Shown here in pieces: positions 1-9,340 of a DNA stretch of 64,000 nucleotides; positions within the stretch are counted from its first letter, which is position 1, and each line of letters opens with the position of its first letter. The position numbers and the translations under genes are program-made. The notes beneath the pieces were generated by a model, which saw only the letters and a program-made list of their open reading frames with translations, was not told the origin of the DNA and did not search any database. The stretch is from Promethearchaeati archaeon SRVP18_Atabeyarchaeia-1 (GTDB lineage Archaea > Asgardarchaeota > Atabeyarchaeia > Atabeyarchaeales > Atabeyarchaeaceae), in NCBI GenBank assembly GCA_037308085.1, contig CP147779.1, forward strand, positions 896,001 through 960,000. The letters are read 5' to 3'.

Positions 1-252
1 CCCGTCAGGTTCGGTGGTTCAAGGCAGATCCTCTCAATTGCAAATAAGAAGTATAAGACTCTCCCATTTGCGGAAAGGTGGATAGCAAAGGAAGCATCAA
101 CCGTTCCCCTGAAGTTCGCACTCAAGGAGCTAATAGGATCTGGCGCGCTCTACGAGTACCACGTGCTTGCTGACAGGAAGGATAGCATGATCGCCCAAGC
201 GGAACAAACGGTCTTGATTACCAAGGATGGATGTGAAGTTCTAACCTCCTGA
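1..252 (+). CDS. map: Type II methionine aminopeptidase, C-terminal part (5' truncated by window edge)
   Basis: Manual frame-1 translation ...YKTLPFAERWI...LYEYHVLADRKDSMIAQAEQTVLITKDGCEVLTS* matches the archaeal MetAP2 C-terminus; not in ORF track. Confidence 0.85.
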   Translation, partial: PVRFGGSRQILSIANKKYKTLPFAERWIAKEASTVPLKFALKELIGSGALYEYHVLADRKDSMIAQAEQTVLITKDGCEVLTS

Positions 253-353
253 GGAATTTAGGCCTATATTGCTCACCATTTCAGACCCAGCCGGGGGATA
301 GTCTCCTCTCTCAAGAGTGCCGCTCATGGTGGAGTTATTAGGAGGAAGAACAA

Positions 354-1796
354 ATATCCTCTTATTCAAATGAGAGCACCGCAGAAGAGGCTGTGAATCT
401 CGCATTAAGACGTGGAGCCAGATACGCAGATGCTAGAGTCCAGTTTGAAGAAAGCACTGGATTTATTGTTAGCGAGGGATTGGTTGAGGAAGGGGGATTC
501 GCCTCAGTTCAAGGTATCGGATTGCGCGTTATCGTAGATGGAGCTTGGGGCTTCTGTTCAATGGATGGGGTAATGTCTGAATCCAAGCTCGGTCAAGTCG
601 TGGACAGGGCGGTCAGGATTGCATCCCAGAGTTCAAAAGGTGCTCTTTCTCCTGTTGACATGGCTCTGGCGAACCCAGTTCGCACGAGAGTCGTTCAAGA
701 AGGTGACAGCTCTGATAACGTCAGAGACTTTCCTTTCGAAACCGTGTTAGAACCTTTCAAGGAATGCGATCGACGGGCAAGGTCGGTTGGTAGTGAGATA
801 CGTGCCTTATCACTTTCATTTGCTGTCGACCGTGCCATAGATACCTTCGCTAGCAGTGAAAATACCTGCATCACCCAGGTATACAACGCCTACCTTGGAA
901 CACTATTCGTAATAGCTTCAGATTCAGGCAACACAGAGTACTACCCGTATGATTTTGGGGGTCTCGGAGACTATCACGAGTACCTCGATACGTGTCTCCC
1001 TCCCTTGGTGGAGGAAATTGCCATGAAAGCACGGCTTCTGAGCAAATCAAGAAGCCTAACTCAATCTGCGGATTTCAAGACAATACTAATGGATCCAGGT
1101 TTTACGGCTCTGTGGGTACATGAAGCGATTGGTCACCCGCTTGAGGCAGATAGGGTTCTCGGGGGAAAAGGTGATCCACAGAATGCGCCTTGGACATACA
1201 AGGAGCTGGGGAAGAAGGTTGCTGGCGTCCTCCTCAACGTAGTAGATGATCCTAGCTTAGGAACTCCGGCACATTACAAATACGATAGTGAAGGAATAGA
1301 GGGAAAAAGAAAGGTTTTAGTTGGCAAAGGTGTATTGAAGGGCTGCATCCATAGCCGAGAGACGGCAAGAGCATTTCAGGCTGAGCCAAATGGCGGGGCT
1401 CGGTCGCCCTCGTACCACTTCACTCCAATGCCAAGAATGAGCAATACCTACATTGAATCTGGTGACTGGGCTTTCGACGAAATAGTAGAAGACACGAAAG
1501 ACGGGATCTATGTGGTCGGCGGCATGACTCCGATATTAGACAGCAGAGCGTATGAATGGAAACTAAGCGCAAAAGAAGCATATATCGTGTCAAAGGGCGA
1601 AACTGGTCAGATGCTCAGAAGAGTGATCGTCTCAGAGGTAACACCGGATTTCCTGATATCCATAGACGCAGTCGGAAAAGACCTGCAGATGTCCGTGACG
1701 CCCGATTGCGCCAAAGGCAGCCCAATTCAGACGCTGCCAGTAGGAAACGGCGGGCCGACAATCCGAGGTAAAGCATATGTGTCGGGGGTTGCGTAG
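354..1796 (+). CDS. tldD: TldD family metalloprotease
   Basis: HEAIGH zinc motif, GIGLRVIVDGAWGF, PRMSNTYIE, CAKG...PVGNGGP. Track start is GTG393, but SD AGGAGG (340-345) points to in-frame ATA at 354. Confidence 0.9.
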   Translation: MSSYSNESTAEEAVNLALRRGARYADARVQFEESTGFIVSEGLVEEGGFASVQGIGLRVIVDGAWGFCSMDGVMSESKLGQVVDRAVRIASQSSKGALSPVDMALANPVRTRVVQEGDSSDNVRDFPFETVLEPFKECDRRARSVGSEIRALSLSFAVDRAIDTFASSENTCITQVYNAYLGTLFVIASDSGNTEYYPYDFGGLGDYHEYLDTCLPPLVEEIAMKARLLSKSRSLTQSADFKTILMDPGFTALWVHEAIGHPLEADRVLGGKGDPQNAPWTYKELGKKVAGVLLNVVDDPSLGTPAHYKYDSEGIEGKRKVLVGKGVLKGCIHSRETARAFQAEPNGGARSPSYHFTPMPRMSNTYIESGDWAFDEIVEDTKDGIYVVGGMTPILDSRAYEWKLSAKEAYIVSKGETGQMLRRVIVSEVTPDFLISIDAVGKDLQMSVTPDCAKGSPIQTLPVGNGGPTIRGKAYVSGVA

Positions 1797-1801
1797 GGAC
1801 C

Positions 1802-3187
1802 TTGGACAGCATTAGGCATCTACTTTCGCAGGCGAGCAGCGGGAACGTCGAGCTTGAAATATTCCTGCTGAAGAGGGACCTCATATCTGTGCGCTTCTCT
1901 GGCAACGAAATCGTGGAAGCCCAGAACACATTGGAAGAGGGAACTGGAATTAGACTTGTGAGGGACGGCAGATTAGGGTTTGCGCTTACAAACAACCTGA
2001 GCCCCGACGCGCTTGACAAATCCTTCAGATCTGCTCTTGCTATGGCCAAAACCTCCTCGAAGATACCTAATTGGCATGGCCTACCTCAAGGGCAAGATCA
2101 CGGCGCAGATGCGAACGGAGAGCGGACCCAGGACAATGGCTCGGAGGCCATGACTTCCGAGGAAACAATCAACCGTGCACTGAGAATGATCAAAGAAGTG
2201 ACTTCCAGTAACGGTGACCTTACATTAACAGGTGTCCTGATCACCGTCCATGAAGAATTCTCCATACTAAACTCAAATGGTCTTGATCACCTTCTTGAGC
2301 CCAGCTCAATCATCTATTCCCGCCTAATTCTGGAAACTAGAAGAGGCGAACGCTACTCTAGCATAACAAGCCAGTTCTGCTCGCGTAGATTGTCTGACTT
2401 CAACCCCGAGAAGGAGGTTCACGAAGTCATCTCCTCGGCTTCAAAGCTAGCGAGGCTTCAAAGGATAGAAGTACCAAGAGGAAAACGTGATGTGATCCTG
2501 TCACCTGAATCTGCGGGCGCCTTTACATGCTACCTCATAGGTCCCATGATTACTGGAAAGTCGGTACAGGTTGGGGCATCATGCTTAACGAATATGACTA
2601 ACAAGAGAGTTGCATCGGAATCATTTTCGCTGATCGATAATGGACGGGCACCAGGCGGATTAGCAAGCGCCGAGGTCGATGACGAGGGCACACCCACGCG
2701 GTTAACGAAGGTCGTCGAAAGGGGTGTGCTCAAAACATTCCTGAATGACACCCTTAGTGCAAGCTTGAACGAGACCGACACGACCGCAAATGCCAGGAGA
2801 GCATCAGACACACTCGGAAGAACCTACATGACGCCACCTGAGCCGCTGCCAACAAACCTGATTGTCGAAAAGGGGAATCACAGTCTCGATGAACTCGTCG
2901 AGGCAACGAAGACGGGGATCATAATAAACTCGATCGGATACACCTTTCACCTAGTTCCAGAACTCGGTTACTTCAACATAGTGAGCAACTCCCCTGCACT
3001 AGTTGTCGAGAATGGTAAAATAAAGGGATATGCTCAAAACACAGCCTTTACAGGTAAGCTCGTGGAGACTCTAATGAACATAGATGGAATTGGAAAAGAC
3101 GTTCGGCAATCAGCATCTCTAGGCTCAATGGTCTGCTTTTCTCCTTATCTAAGAATCAGAGATGCCGATGTTGAACGTGCAAAGTAG
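1802..3187 (+). CDS. tldE: PmbA/TldE family protein
   Basis: GIRLVRDGRLGFA and DDEGTPT motifs; no HExxH; directly follows tldD. Confidence 0.85.
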   Translation: MDSIRHLLSQASSGNVELEIFLLKRDLISVRFSGNEIVEAQNTLEEGTGIRLVRDGRLGFALTNNLSPDALDKSFRSALAMAKTSSKIPNWHGLPQGQDHGADANGERTQDNGSEAMTSEETINRALRMIKEVTSSNGDLTLTGVLITVHEEFSILNSNGLDHLLEPSSIIYSRLILETRRGERYSSITSQFCSRRLSDFNPEKEVHEVISSASKLARLQRIEVPRGKRDVILSPESAGAFTCYLIGPMITGKSVQVGASCLTNMTNKRVASESFSLIDNGRAPGGLASAEVDDEGTPTRLTKVVERGVLKTFLNDTLSASLNETDTTANARRASDTLGRTYMTPPEPLPTNLIVEKGNHSLDELVEATKTGIIINSIGYTFHLVPELGYFNIVSNSPALVVENGKIKGYAQNTAFTGKLVETLMNIDGIGKDVRQSASLGSMVCFSPYLRIRDADVERAK

Positions 3188-3437
3188 AGAGACAAGAAGC
3201 CGGTCTCAGCATAATCGCCTATCGACGCCCAGGTTCGATCGGCCTTCTTTGTGAAGATAGTAAACGAACTTGGTATTTAATGCGTCCCGAACATATGATT
3301 ACTGATTGGCACTATAGGCAAGTCCGAAACAGAGAGAGTAGGATGTGCTCAAGGTCACCCCTTTCTTCGTCTAGTTCCCTTTTCCAGCACTCTTCGGTTC
3401 ACAATTCGCAGTCGATATCGCACCGATTAAATGCTAT

Positions 3438-4695
3438 GGTTCTGTTAACTCTTCGGGTGGTGAGTTAACTGGGTGGCATCTGCTCCGGGGATTACCTTTT
3501 CGCCTCCAGGGTTCCCCTTCACCACTTCACCTGCCACTCCCTTCAGGCTGAACCGCAGCCCTGCACCGACAATATTCAAAGCCGCGTTCACGTCCCTGTC
3601 TACGAGCTTCCTGCAGCGTGGACAGTAGACCTTCCTCCCCGCGCATTCGACTATCTTAGAGCCACATATCGCGCAGGTTGAGGAAGTCTTGCTTGGATTA
3701 ACGTAAAACACGTGGATTCCCTCCCAGTGTGCCTTGTAATCTATTTGCCGCTGCAGCTCGGCGTAGCTCCAGCTGTTCATCCTTGCCCTGTAGTCCTTGC
3801 CCTGCCAGTTTCCCCTCCTGTAGAGTTTACGGATGCCTCTAATGTCCTCCGTGACTATGCCGAACTGGTTTTCCTTCGCTTGCTTCACTATCCTTGCTGA
3901 AGTGTTGTGCAGGATCCAGTTTACCTTGTTCTTCTGGATTCTTCCATATTTGGAGTAGAGCTGTCTCTTGACGCGGCAGTCGTCTCGCTTGAAGCCGCGC
4001 TTTGCTTGCCTGCAGTTCTCCTTGACCACGGTCGCCCTCGACAAGTCATACCTCTTCACATCTCCAGCCGAGGACGCAGTGGTTACATTGTCGAGGTTGC
4101 GGTCTACCCCGACTAGCCCCACAGGCTCAACCTGAGCAACCTCTTTCGTGAAGGCTAGTGACACGGCGGAGGCGGTCAAGCAGGCCGAGCGCACAGCACA
4201 CCCCTCAATAGACTGTAATGTGTAGGAGTTCAGGGGGATGTAGATGTATTCTCTTACCCTTACGGGTAGTCTGAGCTCGCCGTTGGTTATCCTGAAGCCG
4301 TAGCAGTCGGTCAGCATGAGCCTTGCTGCATGGGGCTTCTTCATCCTCTGCTGCTTCCCCAGCGCGTGCCTGTGGTTCCGGAGGATGCCCGCGGCCTTGC
4401 TGATCGCCGTCAAGCGGTAGTAGGTTGGCACGTCGTATCCTGCGAGTTGATGGTAAGCCTTCTTTGAGAGCGCCTTCATCGACGTAACATTCTCAGCTAG
4501 GCCAATTCGTATGCAGTCATTCACCATCTCTCTAAACTCGTTCAGGAGGTCGAGTAACTGAGGAGATGGCGTGTAGCTCTGCTTGACCGCCTTGACCGCT
4601 TGCATACCCAAGAAAGAGACTATTTCGGCTAATAAAACCACCATATGACCAAGGGGCTAGCAGCGCCAACTATCACTCGAAGAGTTATCAGAGTG
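3438..4695 (-). mobile_element. Non-autonomous TnpB-carrying element with imperfect TIRs and perfect 8-bp TSD
   Basis: TIRs 3438-3466 (GGTTCTGTTAACTCTTCGGGTGGTGAGTT) and 4668-4695 (reverse complement CACTCTGATAACTCTTCGAGTGATAGTT); AATGCTAT at 3430-3437 and 4696-4703; no transposase inside. Confidence 0.85.
3445..4605 (-). CDS. tnpB: RNA-guided endonuclease TnpB (intact RuvC D-E-D, Zn ribbon)
   Basis: VGVDRN, VTEDIRG, CAICG...CPRC, DRDVNAALNI; likely start MQAVKAV at 4605 by comparison with the second TnpB. Confidence 0.92.
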   Translation of the reverse strand: MQAVKAVKQSYTPSPQLLDLLNEFREMVNDCIRIGLAENVTSMKALSKKAYHQLAGYDVPTYYRLTAISKAAGILRNHRHALGKQQRMKKPHAARLMLTDCYGFRITNGELRLPVRVREYIYIPLNSYTLQSIEGCAVRSACLTASAVSLAFTKEVAQVEPVGLVGVDRNLDNVTTASSAGDVKRYDLSRATVVKENCRQAKRGFKRDDCRVKRQLYSKYGRIQKNKVNWILHNTSARIVKQAKENQFGIVTEDIRGIRKLYRRGNWQGKDYRARMNSWSYAELQRQIDYKAHWEGIHVFYVNPSKTSSTCAICGSKIVECAGRKVYCPRCRKLVDRDVNAALNIVGAGLRFSLKGVAGEVVKGNPGGEKVIPGADATQLTHHPKS

Positions 4696-4855
4696 AATGC
4701 TATCAATCTTTATATAGAGATTTTTCTCTCTTTTCGCACAGATAAGATAATAAATTCGGCACACCGTTCATATTCGTTTAGACTATGATCTAATTCTGCC
4801 TGATGTTCAAGTCTGACCTATATCAATGTATAAGCCCGGAGGTAGAATTCGAGCA

Positions 4856-5518
4856 ATGATAATAACTGAGCAAAAGAAGTTTGAGGAAGTAGTAGAGAAA
4901 CTAGCACCCTTCAAGAAAGTCCTGGTGGTCGGGTGTGGACACTGTGCGACGGTCTGCCAGACTGGCGGGGAAGACCAAGCCAAGGCTATGGTGTCAAAGC
5001 TCAAGGAATCAAAAGGCCCAACAGGAATGATGGTGAACATGGCGGTCGTCGAAGAACCTTGTGACATAAGAATCCTGAAGCGGGACATGAAGAAGGCGAA
5101 GAAGGAATTCGACGAAGCAGATGCAATTTTGGCAATGGCATGTGGAGTTGGGAGCCAGACGCTCGCGACGGTAGTCAACAAGCCGGTTGTTCCAGCGCTA
5201 AACACTCTGTTCCTAGGGCAAGTTGAGAGAATTGGTAAGTTTGAGGAGATGTGCCGCGCTTGTGGGAATTGTATTCTCGCTGATACTGGCGGTGTCTGCC
5301 CTATTACTCGTTGCGCAAAGGGATTAATGAACGGTCCGTGTGGTGGCATGAGTAAGGGGAAATGCGAGGTAAACAACTACACCAAGGACTGTGGTTGGGT
5401 TCTGATCTACAATAGGCTGAAAGACCAAGGAAGGCTCGACCTATTCAGACAGTACAGGCCACCAAGAGACTACGCTCTATCAGGCTATCCAAGGAGCGTG
5501 GATACTCGAGCAACCTGA
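4856..5518 (+). CDS. metV: MetV-type methylene-THF reductase Fe-S/Zn subunit
   Basis: GCGHCATVC, ACGVG, CRACGNC...CPITRCAKGLMNGPCGG...C...CGW; SD GGAGGT upstream; adjacent to metF. Confidence 0.88.
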   Translation: MIITEQKKFEEVVEKLAPFKKVLVVGCGHCATVCQTGGEDQAKAMVSKLKESKGPTGMMVNMAVVEEPCDIRILKRDMKKAKKEFDEADAILAMACGVGSQTLATVVNKPVVPALNTLFLGQVERIGKFEEMCRACGNCILADTGGVCPITRCAKGLMNGPCGGMSKGKCEVNNYTKDCGWVLIYNRLKDQGRLDLFRQYRPPRDYALSGYPRSVDTRAT

Positions 5519-5571
5519 GCAAAATCAGAGAGAGACCAGAGCCACAATATCATGCTAGAGGTGAGCGAATA

Positions 5572-6498
5572 ATGGTACAAGCTTATAGTAGCCTTATGAA
5601 GGAAATAGTCAAGGGGAAGTTTGTCTATACTGGCGAATTGGAACCAGAGAAGACAACAGATATGACCCAAGTAATAAGTGATGCGAAAGAACTGAGTGGA
5701 TACGCTGTAGCCTGTAATGTTACTGACAACCCGAAATCATGTGGCTACCTTAGTAGCCTTGCGGCCTCATATATAGTTCAACGCGATGCAAATATGGAGG
5801 CTGTCTACCAGCTGACTTGTCGGGACAGAAACAGGCTAGCATTGATCTCTGACCTGCTTGGAGCGGGGGCGCTCGGAATTCATAACGTTCTAGCTCTCAC
5901 AGGCGACCACACGATGGTAGGTGACAATCCTGCCTCTAAACCCGTGTTCGATCTTGACTCAGCGCACCTGACATCTCTCATAAAAATGATGTCCGAAAAG
6001 GAAGTGGATCTAGCGGGCAGCAAGATTGAGAATCCTCCTAAGATAAACGTCGGGGTTGCAGCAAATCCAAACGCGGATCCACTTGAGCCAGAACTCCTTA
6101 AGCTTGAGAGAAAGGCAAAGGCAGGAGCAGACTTCGTCCAAACGCAAGTTGTCTTTGACATCGAGAAAGCAAAGGGTTTCTTGAGAGAAGCGTCTTCGTT
6201 CAACGTTCCATTGCTGATAGGAATATTCCCACTGAAGAACTTCGGAATAGCGGACTTCTTCAACAAGAACGTCCCTGGCTGCTCGGTCCCATCCGAGATC
6301 TTGGACAGACTGAAGCAAATGAAGGAGAGCATCCAAGACAAGGAAGAAAGAAAGAGAAAGATAGACGAGATGAACGTAGAATACTTCACCGACTTCATTA
6401 AGGAGCTCAAGAAGACAAAGGGTTGCAGAGGCGTCCACGTAATGGCTGTCGGCTACGCAAGCGTGACCAAACAATTAATAGACCGAGTAGGGCACTAG
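5572..6498 (+). CDS. metF: Methylenetetrahydrofolate reductase MetF
   Basis: GELEP, NVTDNP, QLTCRDRNR, LALTGD, GADFVQTQ, GVHVM motifs. Confidence 0.9.
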   Translation: MVQAYSSLMKEIVKGKFVYTGELEPEKTTDMTQVISDAKELSGYAVACNVTDNPKSCGYLSSLAASYIVQRDANMEAVYQLTCRDRNRLALISDLLGAGALGIHNVLALTGDHTMVGDNPASKPVFDLDSAHLTSLIKMMSEKEVDLAGSKIENPPKINVGVAANPNADPLEPELLKLERKAKAGADFVQTQVVFDIEKAKGFLREASSFNVPLLIGIFPLKNFGIADFFNKNVPGCSVPSEILDRLKQMKESIQDKEERKRKIDEMNVEYFTDFIKELKKTKGCRGVHVMAVGYASVTKQLIDRVGH

Positions 6499-6543
6499 TC
6501 TCACTGCTTTCACTTTTTGAGACGGAAAAATCGGGGGTACCAA

Positions 6544-7083
6544 ATGAGAATCTGTATCCCCCTCAAATCCAATACTGATACACCCAGGAAGTGGGTCGCC
6601 AAGGTTTCGTATAAGAATAGGCTAGCCTTCTACGCGGTGGGTTCTACATTAGATGAGGCGTTGGCGAACATTAGCGAAAAGGCTGATACACACTTCTCAA
6701 ATCTGGCTAGCCTAAGGGGGCTTCAAGTGGAGTTCAAGCGCATTGGACTAGCTGAGATTGACATAAATGAGGCGTTCGTAATTGATTTTCTCGTAAGATC
6801 CTCGGCGGAGTGCAAGATCGGGACCAATATTCCGTCTGAACTTATACTGCCTCTTCAAATGGCTCTCTGTCCCGTGGTTGATATGTACGATGAGGATCCG
6901 TGGCTCTCAGAGTGCAGAGGTCTATTCGCAAAGGAGGAGGCCTGCTATCTCGCTAACAAAGGTCTTATGGGGCCATATTCTGTGGCAAAGCTCAAAGAAG
7001 ACGATAATGGAGAACTCGTCTGGGATATATCGTCAAGAACAGTGAAAAAAGAGCATCTTTCCGTCAAGGTTTTCATTAGCTAG
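6544..7083 (+). CDS. Hypothetical protein with HicB-like N-terminal motif
   Basis: AVGSTLDEALANISE resembles the HicB GxTxEEAxxNxxEA motif; remainder unassigned. Confidence 0.45.
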   Translation: MRICIPLKSNTDTPRKWVAKVSYKNRLAFYAVGSTLDEALANISEKADTHFSNLASLRGLQVEFKRIGLAEIDINEAFVIDFLVRSSAECKIGTNIPSELILPLQMALCPVVDMYDEDPWLSECRGLFAKEEACYLANKGLMGPYSVAKLKEDDNGELVWDISSRTVKKEHLSVKVFIS

Positions 7084-7117
7084 CTCTGGCACCAGCAGGC
7101 GAACTCGATTATGAGAG

Positions 7118-7975
7118 GTGATGCTGACGAAGTTAACTAGGCTTCTAGGCAACGAGGAATTCCTAACGCTTGCCGAGCTGACATTCTCGGAAGAGATAGA
7201 CCGGACAGCATTTATGTGTGAAGCTAGAAGACTTTCTCGATTTATCGATGCGATAGTGGTGTCAGACTACTCCTTTGGGCTCCCGACCATGAACCCCATA
7301 GTTCCCGCCCTCTGGCTGGGCGATGAGAACATTGAATCGGTGATGGGATTCTACATTGAGCATAGAAACCCCAAGGCGATATTCTCAGACGTGCTTGCAG
7401 GCGTGGAGAGTAACTTGGTTAATGTGATAATCACATCTTACGAGAGTCCGAAGGACTATGGAACCTGCTTAGAATTGGTTGATGGGATAAAGGCGACCCT
7501 AGAGAAACAGTCAAAGACCAGGCTGAGTGAGCCACGGAGACTGGTCAACATAGGGCTTACCTCCGGCTATATGATCGAAAGACCAGAAGAGAGCGTCGCT
7601 CTTGCGAGGAGGTACGGGGTCGACTTTGTCTGTCCACCAGAGACTTACGATATTCCAGGCATACTTGAGCCCTTAGTGAAAAGAGCAAGATCCACCGGAA
7701 TGCATGCAATACTTAGGACAACCCTATTCACCTCGGGGAAGGCGGTCAAGTTTGCTCGCAAGTTCATCCCTGAGATGTTTGTGCCCGATGGATTTGTACG
7801 AGCGTTGGAGAGCTCAGCGAACCCTCTTGAAATAGGCATGAGGTTCGTCATGGATTTTGTCGAGAACGCTAGGAGCCTCAAAGCATGTGGAGTCTACTTG
7901 ACCGTCCCCCAGAAAACCGAAATCTACAGGCACTTGCCTAGCATAACTGGCAAGAAAGTCTACCAGACGGATTGA
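7118..7975 (+). CDS. Divergent MetF-like protein
   Basis: Collinear with MetF (LAEL, IDAIVVSD, HRNP...SDVLAG, GVDFV, FVPD, CGVYL) but catalytic motifs altered. Confidence 0.65.
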   Translation: MMLTKLTRLLGNEEFLTLAELTFSEEIDRTAFMCEARRLSRFIDAIVVSDYSFGLPTMNPIVPALWLGDENIESVMGFYIEHRNPKAIFSDVLAGVESNLVNVIITSYESPKDYGTCLELVDGIKATLEKQSKTRLSEPRRLVNIGLTSGYMIERPEESVALARRYGVDFVCPPETYDIPGILEPLVKRARSTGMHAILRTTLFTSGKAVKFARKFIPEMFVPDGFVRALESSANPLEIGMRFVMDFVENARSLKACGVYLTVPQKTEIYRHLPSITGKKVYQTD

Positions 7976-8085
7976 AAGCTGTGGAACCACGTAGTAATAA
8001 TCCCAAATTGAACGGCAAGAGACGAGACAATTCATGGACTAACTGTGTTCCGACTGCGGCTGCTAAAACCTTGTCTCTTAAGTCA

Positions 8086-8595
8086 TCAAGTTTCTGTTTC
8101 ATGCAGCTGATCATCCATCCTTCTCGAGATCGGCAGCGGAACTACTGGAGTCCCCTCAACTTTTAGTGGTCTAAGTGCGATGCAACTGTTTATTGACAAG
8201 ATGCCCTTGACAAGTCTCAGGCCCTCGATGAATCTTGTAAGATCAGTTAGACTCCCTGTTTCAACTTTCAACCATATTCCACATTTGCCACTCATCCAAT
8301 AGGCCTCGGTGACTAGCGGGGAGCCTACAAGCCCCTCTATTACCTCGCTCTCGTGTCGAGAGGCCGTACTCACGGTTATGTACGATATTACTGCTCTCCC
8401 TGTCTTCTCAGGATTAAGAGCGATCGTGAATCGATCAATAACCCTATCCCTGACTAGTCTTTCGACGCGTTTCCGGACAGCCGATTCTGAGAGACCGATG
8501 GAGTTGGCGATCTCTGCATAGGGCGCCCGCCCATTCCGCAGCAGGCAGTCAATAATCCTCTTGTCCTTCCTGTCTGTATTGTCTGACGAAGCCAT
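8086..8595 (-). CDS. Lrp/AsnC family transcriptional regulator
   Basis: DRKDKRIIDCLLRNGRAPYAEIANSIGLSESAVRKRVERL HTH plus C-terminal RAM-like domain. Confidence 0.92.
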   Translation of the reverse strand: MASSDNTDRKDKRIIDCLLRNGRAPYAEIANSIGLSESAVRKRVERLVRDRVIDRFTIALNPEKTGRAVISYITVSTASRHESEVIEGLVGSPLVTEAYWMSGKCGIWLKVETGSLTDLTRFIEGLRLVKGILSINSCIALRPLKVEGTPVVPLPISRRMDDQLHETET

Positions 8596-8960
8596 TTTCT
8601 CCTCCTCCTAGAGCTGTTTTCAACTGTGTCGTCCCATCATAAAAACCTTTTCATCGCTCTATCTGGCGTTTGATGACGAATTCAGGACTTGAAATGGTGA
8701 AGACTGCCGATTTAGGTCTAGTTTGCACCGAGATACCGTTTCTCATCATTCATTTGCACGGGTATCACGCTGAGAATAGTCTCGATTGTGCAGGATATGT
8801 AGCGGTTTGAGAAGTTTCTCGTCGATTGTGGTTTAGAATCAGAAGCCAATAGCCTCGTTTGATGGCGTTTTCCATACTTTTTGGTTACGCTAGATAGTTA
8901 TTCGGGTGTCCCATAAGGTCTGTCAAATATGAATGTAGAACTGAACCGCTTGGAGGAGAT

Positions 8961-9299
8961 ATGGAGTTGTCGCAAAAACATCTTAAGGAAATTGCTTTGG
9001 TTGCTCTTGCAAGGGAGCTTCCAGACGTGGTTAAGTCAATCGGTAAGGGGGAAAGAGAGGCTATAAGCGAGGAATCAATCGACCTGATACTTCAGTCGCA
9101 GAGGAACCCGCTGCCTCAGGGTCTAGCTTGGTCGATACTTCGCTTGATGGGCTATGAAAAGGAGACCTCAGATGCAGGCATCGAGAAACTCTTGGAAGCC
9201 GGCATGATGGTGGAACCAGAGCAAACGATACAGCTTCTTGAGAAGCATGGAGAGAGGGCTGCGGCCAACGCGCTAAGGAGAATAATCTCGACAGATTGA
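8961..9299 (+). CDS. Hypothetical protein
   Basis: 112-aa ORF with SD GGAGG, same strand as and directly upstream of mer. Confidence 0.7.
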   Translation: MELSQKHLKEIALVALARELPDVVKSIGKGEREAISEESIDLILQSQRNPLPQGLAWSILRLMGYEKETSDAGIEKLLEAGMMVEPEQTIQLLEKHGERAAANALRRIISTD

Positions 9300-9340
9300 G
9301 ATTGGGTTAAATATAGCAAAACAGGGGAAGGTCGATTACG

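Noticed and set aside
3445-4605. TnpB genes as Cas12f of a CRISPR system
   Set aside because: No repeat-spacer array or cas genes seen near either copy
4702-4706. TTGAT (ISDra2-type TAM) on the minus strand at the element 1 flank
   Set aside because: It overlaps the TSD and is absent at element 2; probably coincidental
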